From NCBI GenBank assembly GCA_020061305.1, contig JAGUYM010000014.1, forward strand, positions 1-47,371: a DNA stretch of 47,371 nt. The letters run 5' to 3'. Under the pieces are notes generated by a model. It did no database searches, was not told the DNA's origin, and saw nothing but the letters and a program-made list of their open reading frames with translations. This document shows positions 1-6,581 of the stretch, piece by piece. The DNA comes from Candidatus Woesebacteria bacterium. Lineage in GTDB: Bacteria; Patescibacteriota; Microgenomatia; UBA8517. Positions within the stretch are counted from its first letter, which is position 1; each line of letters opens with the position of its first letter. The position numbers and the translations under genes are program-made.

Positions 1-16
1 GAGGGTTGGCACAAAA

Positions 17-1786
17 TTACCTCAATTCATATTTAGAAAGTAGTTTTTTGTTTCCTGCAATTTGATACTGTAATAACTCTTGGTACAACCCTTTTTGTTT
101 TGCAAGTTTTTGTGGTGTATCATCCCCTACAATTGTTCCGTTATCCAAAACTATTATTCTATCTGCATTCTGAATAGTTGAAAATCTGTGAGCAATAATA
201 ATTGTTAACCTGTTTTTAAATAATTTTTCTAACGCATCTTGCACCAAACTTTCAGATCTTGAATCAAGTGAGCTAGTTGCTTCATCTAAAATAAGTATTG
301 GTTTGTTTTGTAATATTGCTCTGGCTATTTGTATTCTTTGTTTTTGACCTCCTGATAGTTTTACGCCCCTTTCACCTATTTGTTCGTCTAATCCATTTTT
401 GAACTTCTGTACAAATTCATATGCATTTGCTTTCTTTAAAGCATCAATTATTTGTTTGTCATTTACATTATTTAAACCATATGCAACATTATCGCGGATG
501 TTTGAAGAGAAAAGTTCTGTGTCTTGAAAAACCAGTGCCATGTGGCTTCTAATCCATGCATGGCTGGTTTTATTGTACTTTTTACCGCTTAAGAAAATAT
601 CTCCACTTGTTGGTTCATATAGTTTAAGAATTAAATTTATAAGTGTAGTTTTTCCTGCCCCTGAATGACCAACTAAAGCTACAGTTTCACCTGATTTTAA
701 ATCAAGATTTATGTTCTTTAACACTTCATTTCCATCATTGTAACTAAAATTAACATTCTTAAACACAATCTCTGGTTTCTTTGCCAGGGCAGACACTGTT
801 TTATCTTCATATTTTTCTATTGATTTCAAATCTAAAAGTTCGAAAAAGGTTTTACTGTCTGCCTCAGCTCGTTGAATATTTTCTAAAATATAGCTCATTG
901 CATATAATGGCCATCTTAATTGGTTTAGAAGTTGAATAATTAATACCATTTCACCCAAACTTAAATCTCCAAAAAAAGTTTTTCTAAAAATAAGATATAA
1001 AATAACAATCAATACAATCTCTAAACCAAACTCACGAGTAAAATTTAAAATGTGATACTCTGTTGATTGTTTATCATATAACTTATTAACTGTTGAGTAG
1101 TTATCTGAAACAAAACCCCATTCTTTACTTTGTGTGTTATATGTCTTAACCAAACGTATGTTGTTTATTACCTCTTGAATACGACCTCTTATACCATCTT
1201 CGTATACATTTTTTTCTTCTTGCACCCTACCCCATCTTTTAGTTGAATAACTAGTTATTAATATATAAACAGGGAATACTGAAAAAGCCAAAAGACCAAT
1301 TGTTACATCGAAATACGAAAGAACTGCAATTCCAAAAATTGTTTGCAAAATTGCAGGAACAATAAAATTAGTTGCACCATTTACAAAATCACGAATTGAA
1401 GCAATTCCCCTATTTAGTTGGTTTACTATTTTCCCAGATATTTCACCATCAAAATATGACTGCGGCAGCGTAAATATTTTTTTGTAAAAAACCTCAGTTA
1501 AAAAGCGCCCTAAACGTGAGGATATGAAATCACCAAATCTTTGATTGGCTGTATTCAAAATTACAACCAAAAGATTGATTATTAGAATAAGCCCAAAAAG
1601 ATATATCAGTTTTGAATAATCACCATTTCCATTTGAAACTTGTGCTGTTAACTCATCAACTACATATTTTAAGGTTACCGGTGTTGCCTGTTGTAATACA
1701 GACTGAAGTGTGATTAAAACACAAGCAATAACGATCCACTTGTGTTGTGGTTTACTAATTTTAAAAATTTTAAAGATATTCTTCAT
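17..1786 (-). CDS. ABC transporter, fused permease + ATP-binding (MsbA/MdlB-like exporter)
   Basis: N-terminal TM helices; Walker A GHSGAGKT, signature LSGGQKQR, Walker B ILILDEATS. Confidence 0.95.
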   Translation of the reverse strand: MKNIFKIFKISKPQHKWIVIACVLITLQSVLQQATPVTLKYVVDELTAQVSNGNGDYSKLIYLFGLILIINLLVVILNTANQRFGDFISSRLGRFLTEVFYKKIFTLPQSYFDGEISGKIVNQLNRGIASIRDFVNGATNFIVPAILQTIFGIAVLSYFDVTIGLLAFSVFPVYILITSYSTKRWGRVQEEKNVYEDGIRGRIQEVINNIRLVKTYNTQSKEWGFVSDNYSTVNKLYDKQSTEYHILNFTREFGLEIVLIVILYLIFRKTFFGDLSLGEMVLIIQLLNQLRWPLYAMSYILENIQRAEADSKTFFELLDLKSIEKYEDKTVSALAKKPEIVFKNVNFSYNDGNEVLKNINLDLKSGETVALVGHSGAGKTTLINLILKLYEPTSGDIFLSGKKYNKTSHAWIRSHMALVFQDTELFSSNIRDNVAYGLNNVNDKQIIDALKKANAYEFVQKFKNGLDEQIGERGVKLSGGQKQRIQIARAILQNKPILILDEATSSLDSRSESLVQDALEKLFKNRLTIIIAHRFSTIQNADRIIVLDNGTIVGDDTPQKLAKQKGLYQELLQYQIAGNKKLLSKYELR

Positions 1787-1856
1787 CCCGCAATTATAAC
1801 TGATGCAGAAAACTCGAACACTACCAAAAAATAACTAGAGTAATGACAAATCAATT

Positions 1857-1865
1857 TGGTATAAT
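1857..1865 (+). promoter_or_regulatory. Extended -10 promoter element for tRNA-Asn
   Basis: TGGTATAAT (TGn-TATAAT) 19 nt upstream of the tRNA. Confidence 0.55.
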
Positions 1866-1883
1866 AGCCATGTTCATTAATAA

Positions 1884-1958
1884 TCCGCGATAGCTCAACG
1901 GCAGAGCAACAAGCTGTTAACTTGAAGGTTGTAGGTTCGAATCCTACTCGCGGAGCCA
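1884..1958 (+). tRNA. tRNA-Asn(GTT), CCA encoded; island integration site
   Basis: Acceptor TCCGCGA/TCGCGGA, D arm GCTC/GAGC, anticodon loop CT-GTT-AA, T arm GTAGG-TTCGAAT-CCTAC. Confidence 0.97.
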
Positions 1959-3530
1959 GATGGGACGCAGAGGCAACAAAGCGTCCTTTTGTCCCGTAAC
2001 ACCGCTCTTTTTCGTAAGTTCGAATTTTTTATTTTCCAAGTCTTCTGTTTTATCCACTTTCGAACCGTTGGTTGCTTCGACTGCCTCAGAGAGGATTTTG
2101 AATGTCTTACTGTAGGTATAACTGAGTTTTCCCTCGTCAACCGTTAATGTGGCGAAGATAAACCTGATTAGGGATCTTTGCTCGTCTATCATGCCTTTAG
2201 ATCTAGCTTGTAAATATAACTCCTTGGCTCTTTGGGATAGTTCATAGAGGTTCACTCCTAAATTGATGTAGCTTGTGCTTGCCTGGGAGTGTTTCTTTAT
2301 AGACTCAGTTATCTCGTCTTTCTCGTCCGAGTATTGTTTAAACTTCCTGCTGTAAAACTCTGGGGTTATCTTTTCATCGAGTTTGTCGTCGTATAACTTG
2401 TCCATTCGCTTCTGAACCGCCTCGTAGCGGGCTTCAAGCTCGTCCACGGTGTTGTTATGATATTCGACCTCGTCTTGATGACTTTCCTTGAGTGCCTTCT
2501 TAAGCCATCCGACTATACGGCTATTTTTGATTTTTAAGGTTTCAAAGCCTTCTAAAAGCTGGGCTTCAACTTCATGTTCTTTTACCCAGGTTGTCTGTGG
2601 GCATTCGTGATAATGGTTACAATGACCGTAAATATGACCCTTAGCTGTCTCAAAAGTAATTGAGTTGTGGCAACTAGCGCATTTGATAAGTCCTCGGAAG
2701 AGGAAATTGTGTTTACGGTATTTAGGTGTAGTTCTGCTTGTAAGCATAGCCTGGACTTTATTAAATTGCTCGATAGTAATCAATGGCTGGTGTTTACCTT
2801 CATACAACTCGTCGTTCCATTTAATCTTACCAATATAAAAAGGTTCACGCAGCAGGGAGTGAATACGGCTATGGGGGAGCTTGTGTCCTAGTTGGGATCG
2901 CATGCCCTCGGCATACATTTTCTTGGATAGTCGTTTGGTTGAGTAGTTGCCTGTGAGATATAGTTCAAACATTTTTCTCACAAACGGCGCCGTATCTTCA
3001 TCGATAACATGGATCTTATGCCCAGTTTCGCCAATGGTTTTATAACCGTTTGGTGGTTTAGTTGGTAGCCACCCCTGGGCAATCTTTTCTTTTTGCCCCT
3101 TCTTTACATTCTCCGAGAGTAGGCGGACATAATATTCGGCTGTGGCTACCTTTACCCGCCACATAAACCATTCGTGGGAACGGGAGGTATTGTGAAGAAT
3201 ACAGCCTTCTTTTGCCAGGTGGACTTGATGGTTCTCATTCTCAGTAATCCATAAGTCGATAGTGGGAACATCAGCGAAGTTTCTGGTTAAGCGGTCTGTG
3301 GTTTCGACGATAATCGTAGGAATGTCGTGCTTACGGACATAAGCAATCATCTCAATAAATATCTTCCTCTGGACTTTGCCTGCTGCGGACTCAGAAACTG
3401 CAAAGACTTTAGCGACTTCTAAGCCTTGTTTGTCGGCATAATCCCTTAAGAACTTCTCCTGTGCTGGTAGAGAGTAACCTGTTTCTTCTTGTTCTTTACT
3501 GCTTACTCGGCAGAATATGGCAGTTTTCAT
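1944..3530 (-). CDS. Large serine recombinase (resolvase + recombinase + zinc ribbon + coiled coil)
   Basis: Catalytic CRVSS motif, TDRLTRN, LFRGLIKCASC zinc ribbon; likely start MKTAIF at 3530; stop codon lies inside the tRNA. Confidence 0.95.
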   Translation of the reverse strand: MKTAIFCRVSSKEQEETGYSLPAQEKFLRDYADKQGLEVAKVFAVSESAAGKVQRKIFIEMIAYVRKHDIPTIIVETTDRLTRNFADVPTIDLWITENENHQVHLAKEGCILHNTSRSHEWFMWRVKVATAEYYVRLLSENVKKGQKEKIAQGWLPTKPPNGYKTIGETGHKIHVIDEDTAPFVRKMFELYLTGNYSTKRLSKKMYAEGMRSQLGHKLPHSRIHSLLREPFYIGKIKWNDELYEGKHQPLITIEQFNKVQAMLTSRTTPKYRKHNFLFRGLIKCASCHNSITFETAKGHIYGHCNHYHECPQTTWVKEHEVEAQLLEGFETLKIKNSRIVGWLKKALKESHQDEVEYHNNTVDELEARYEAVQKRMDKLYDDKLDEKITPEFYSRKFKQYSDEKDEITESIKKHSQASTSYINLGVNLYELSQRAKELYLQARSKGMIDEQRSLIRFIFATLTVDEGKLSYTYSKTFKILSEAVEATNGSKVDKTEDLENKKFELTKKSGVTGQKDALLPLRPIWLRE

Positions 3531-3600
3531 AGTTATTTTGTAACACACAACATAAACAAACTTTTAAGCAATATCAAACAATGGTTGATCTTTGGTTTCA

Positions 3601-4146
3601 TTAGCCTTGTTCTCCTTTAATTTCATCCTCATTTTGCCCACTATTTGTCCCATTTTTACCGTCATCCTGCCGAAGACTTACCGCAACCCCGCCGTCAATT
3701 TTGGAGAAGCGTTGGGGAACATTTGGAGAATTCTTACCGCCGTTATCTGGTATATATTTGGTGTAACCTCGGTCTGGTTTTACCGCCATTAAAAATGAGG
3801 GGTTATTGCGTCTTTGATCGGTAAACCACGAGTATGTTTCCTTGCATTGTTCCCTCGTCCATTTTTCCTTCCTTATAACCCATCGGAACTTACGGCACCA
3901 GCGGTCTAATGTTCTGCGGTAGGGTAGTCCTCCTCTCCTCGTAAAAAGAGGAGTCTGTTTATCAGTGCTTAGTGCTTCGAGTCCGGAGCGTAGTTTAACT
4001 AAACTTCCTGTTTTGCAGTACAACTTAAAAACGCCATATTGGGCTTCAGACTCTTTCTCCAACTTCATAACAACTTGCTCAAATGGTCTCGCTTTATACA
4101 AAATCCCGCCCGCGTTTTTTCTTGTCTGTTTTATTCTGTTTGCCAT
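3601..4146 (-). CDS. Hypothetical HTH protein resembling phage terminase small subunit-like proteins
   Basis: ESEAQYGVFKLY...SL...RTLDRWCRKFRWV pattern recalls the ES..AY.AF..Y...RW...W TerS-like HTH family (recognition from memory); start uncertain (4146 or 4176). Confidence 0.45.
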   Translation of the reverse strand: MANRIKQTRKNAGGILYKARPFEQVVMKLEKESEAQYGVFKLYCKTGSLVKLRSGLEALSTDKQTPLFTRRGGLPYRRTLDRWCRKFRWVIRKEKWTREQCKETYSWFTDQRRNNPSFLMAVKPDRGYTKYIPDNGGKNSPNVPQRFSKIDGGVAVSLRQDDGKNGTNSGQNEDEIKGEQG

Positions 4147-4155
4147 AATCTTCGT

Positions 4156-4240
4156 ATAGTAACTATATAAATACATTTCCTCTTAAAGGGAAAAATTGTT
4201 ACTATAAATGTTCCTTTATAAATCCCTATATAGTTACTAT
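4156..4240. repeat. Perfect 14-bp inverted repeat in an AT-rich intergenic region
   Basis: ATAGTAACTATATA (4156-4169) / TATATAGTTACTAT (4227-4240); partial third copy GTTACTATA at 4198-4206. Confidence 0.8.
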
Positions 4241-4245
4241 GTGTT

Positions 4246-4599
4246 TTATATGTTGATGTCATCTAGATTTACCACCTCAGTTGATACAGGTTCTTTGGCT
4301 CCGTAATTAGGGTCTTTGCTTCTGGCAAGGTGATAAGCGTCGTAGATCTTCTCCACTACCTGATCAAACAGCTTACTATCGTCAATAAAAACGATCTCAT
4401 TCCACTTGCCAATAAATTTATAACTAGGAGCCTGAATCCAAACATAATCTTGAAATTGGGGATGAAGCCGATCTGACTTTAGGATCTTCCAGCCGTGCTC
4501 TATCCAAACATCGAAGAGTATTACTGTTGCCTGAGCCAGTATGGTATCTGATTTTAGTAATTTGACTTTGACGGTAATGTCATTAATCGTGATTGTCAT
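4246..4599 (-). CDS. SpoVG-like nucleic-acid-binding protein
   Basis: LAQATVILFDVWIEHGWKI...WIQAPS resembles the SpoVG pattern; acidic tail LDDINI as in SSB-like proteins. Confidence 0.55.
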   Translation of the reverse strand: MTITINDITVKVKLLKSDTILAQATVILFDVWIEHGWKILKSDRLHPQFQDYVWIQAPSYKFIGKWNEIVFIDDSKLFDQVVEKIYDAYHLARSKDPNYGAKEPVSTEVVNLDDINI

Positions 4600-4624
4600 A
4601 GTTATTTTTATTTAAGATTTTTCG

Positions 4625-4783
4625 TTAACTGCTATTTATCTTTTTTCCTTCAATCCTGAGCAATGTTTCTGTAAAACCTAATAAAGTCATGGCAACCTCC
4701 ATCACTTCCTGGAGAGTTAGTTTGAGACGGTAGTCTTCTTCCAAGATCTGTTTTAGTTCTAGTAATAGGTTTCTGCTTATCAT
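4625..4783 (-). CDS. Small hypothetical protein (52 aa, not in the ORF track)
   Basis: MISRNLLLELKQILEEDYRLKLTLQEVMEVAMTLLGFTETLLRIEGKKINSS; fits the operon gap and has the same ATAACT-ATG start context as its neighbours. Confidence 0.7.
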   Translation of the reverse strand: MISRNLLLELKQILEEDYRLKLTLQEVMEVAMTLLGFTETLLRIEGKKINSS

Positions 4784-4785
4784 AG

Positions 4786-5031
4786 TTATCCGTTGGCATA
4801 GAGCCGCGCCTTCACGACTCGTAATTGGTTGAAATAAACCTGTGGCGATACCTTGATTTCGTCGTGGTAATACTCGGCAACGAGATCCTGAAGTTTTTCT
4901 GTGTTTTGGAAAAGAAACAATGCTTTACGAGGATTTGAGCGGTCAATATCTTCGATGGGATACCAAAGTGAAAGAGTAGTGGCTAGTGATAGATCACTGG
5001 TTGAGTAGTAATCGTTATTAAGTGTATTCAT
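4786..5031 (-). CDS. DUF5659-like small protein
   Basis: YSTSDLSLATTL...IDRSNPRKALFLF pattern typical of this CPR mobile-element family. Confidence 0.6.
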   Translation of the reverse strand: MNTLNNDYYSTSDLSLATTLSLWYPIEDIDRSNPRKALFLFQNTEKLQDLVAEYYHDEIKVSPQVYFNQLRVVKARLYANG

Positions 5032-5045
5032 AGTTATTAGGTAAC

Positions 5046-5105
5046 AAAAAAGGGGCTGTAACTTCTAAATACACGCGAGTGCGTATACTCAGAAGCCACA
5101 GCCCC
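5046..5105 (-). terminator. Long intrinsic terminator/attenuator hairpin in the leader of the core operon
   Basis: On the minus strand a 25-bp stem (GGGGCUGUGGCUUCUGAGUAUACGC-ACUC-GCGUGUAUUUAGAAGUUACAGCCCC) whose non-Watson-Crick positions are all G-U, followed by U6. Confidence 0.8.
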
Positions 5106-5256
5106 GATCGTTTCGTTAGGCTTTACTTCCTAAATCTATAATCATTCAAACAAATTTAGAGTATTAAGTCAAGTTAACTTTTGCTCACATTATCTCCACT
5201 TCTGATTGTTTCTGGTTGTTATTTCTTATTTCGTCTGAGATTGGTAAAATATCCCT

Positions 5257-5387
5257 AACGACCTAAACCCAGTAATGGGCATGGTTAAACAAGTCCTCGT
5301 GAGCAATAAGCTCTCCCTAGAGCGCTCACGAGGCTGTCTCCCGAAAGGGTGGCAGGTGGTGCAAACCATCGCTGGGGGGAGCTTTTT
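5257..5387 (+). ncRNA. Candidate structured ncRNA of unknown class
   Basis: Four hairpins, three GNRA loops (GUAA, GAAA, GCAA), CCUAAA/CAUGG receptor-like internal loop, 13-bp loop-to-3' pairing, upstream TGGTAAAAT -10, downstream U-run. Confidence 0.65.
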
Positions 5388-5395
5388 GGTTTGAT

Positions 5396-5471
5396 TTGAC
5401 AATCTCCCTTCAATGAAGTTAATATGCAACACCTCTAGGTTAAGTTATTAAAAATTGCCTAGAAGGAGGTG
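5396..5471 (+). promoter_or_regulatory. Sigma70-type promoter and hairpin-sequestered strong RBS
   Basis: TTGACA at 5396-5401, candidate -10 about 5419-5425; CACCTCTAGG (5430-5439) pairs with CCTAGAAGGAGGTG (5458-5471). Confidence 0.55.
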
Positions 5472-5475
5472 AAAA

Positions 5476-6348
5476 ATGATAATGAAACACAAAAACAAAT
5501 CTCGAATAATCCCTGCCGTCCTTTTCCTCTTTGTGCTTATTGTTCTGGGGGTTGTGCTTGTTCCTCGGTTATTAAATCAATCTAAGGTAGAGCTATCGTT
5601 GCGAGAGAGTGCAAAAGACAAAGAAGTAGTCGAACTCTTGGCAACCATGAGTGAGAACCCCAATAAAGACTCTCAGGAGTATCAAGAGGCTCAACAGAAA
5701 TTTTGTCTGTTAACTGCGCGCCCAGTTGTCGAAAGGGAAAAAGCTATCGCTAATATCCGTGAGTTCCTAGGTATGTCTGATATACCTGTAGAATTCCTCT
5801 GTAGTCGATTTAATAACAAGCCTGACGAGAGTGGAACTGATTATAATAGTCCTGCCTCTGAACATTACGAAGCTGCCAGGTTTGGTTTCACTATCGATCC
5901 TAAGACTAATTACATTGTTGAGGTTGGTGAAGCAGAGCGTCGTTGGGGGACAAAAGACGATGGCACGCGCTGGTTCGACAATATGCCTGAATACGACAAT
6001 ACTCCTCGCTATACCACCAAGGAGCAAATTCGTAAGGTTGCAGAGGACTTCATGATTAAGCACAAGGACATTTTTGGTGTTGATATCACTAAAATGACTT
6101 ATGAGTTTGAAGGCACAAAACCAGGCAATTTCTTTGTGAAGTGGTATGACTATACCAAACCTTTCACCAAGGAGTTTGAGGAATGTGGAGATGCTGATAA
6201 GACCCGTGAAGGCGCTTATCAGAATGATCAGGGTGTCTGGTGTCTCAAGACTAAGTCGACTCGTTACCCAATGGTTAGTCTCACCATTACCCAAGGCGGA
6301 CAAATAGCTGTCTATGACAACGAAGGCTGGGATATTGAAAAGCTATAA
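5476..6348 (+). CDS. Membrane-anchored/secreted hypothetical protein
   Basis: N-terminal basic + hydrophobic segment, paired Cys, SD AGGAGGTG. Confidence 0.85.
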   Translation: MIMKHKNKSRIIPAVLFLFVLIVLGVVLVPRLLNQSKVELSLRESAKDKEVVELLATMSENPNKDSQEYQEAQQKFCLLTARPVVEREKAIANIREFLGMSDIPVEFLCSRFNNKPDESGTDYNSPASEHYEAARFGFTIDPKTNYIVEVGEAERRWGTKDDGTRWFDNMPEYDNTPRYTTKEQIRKVAEDFMIKHKDIFGVDITKMTYEFEGTKPGNFFVKWYDYTKPFTKEFEECGDADKTREGAYQNDQGVWCLKTKSTRYPMVSLTITQGGQIAVYDNEGWDIEKL

Positions 6349-6538
6349 CGCGGATTCCTCAACACAGCCCCAACAAGGTTTCTGAAGCTAAATAAGCTAA
6401 TCTTATGCCACCCCAGGCACGAAAGCCTCACACAAGCCGCTACGCGCGGTCATGGGTGCGTTCACCAGTCTGTTCTCTTACAGTTTTCTCACATATCTTG
6501 TATAATTAAGTTGAGCTTTACATAAGAGCAACGCTCAC

Positions 6539-6564
6539 CTGCCCTTTTGTAGAGGGCAGTTTTT
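6539..6564 (+). terminator. Terminator-like hairpin between a -10 box and the OLD-family gene
   Basis: CTGCCCT-loop-AGGGCAG + TTTTT, downstream of TATAAT at 6501-6506. Confidence 0.65.
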
Positions 6565-6581
6565 GTAAGCGAAAGATTAAA

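Noticed and set aside
1895-2140. 81-aa ORF over the tRNA-Asn/LSR end, and other short ORFs nested in long genes
   Set aside because: They overlap well-supported genes, have no recognisable motifs and are treated as spurious.
5257-5387. Assignment of the structured RNA to c-di-GMP-I, Moco, c-di-AMP, SRP or pistol classes
   Set aside because: It shares only generic tetraloop/receptor features; class-specific conserved nucleotides were not recognisable.
5226-5432. 68-aa minus-strand ORF
   Set aside because: Antisense to the structured RNA candidate; GNRA loops and G-U pairs favour a plus-strand RNA.
6342-6470. Integron attC site after the stop codon (CTATAAC)
   Set aside because: No matching GTTRRRY end with a complementary stem, and no integron integrase.
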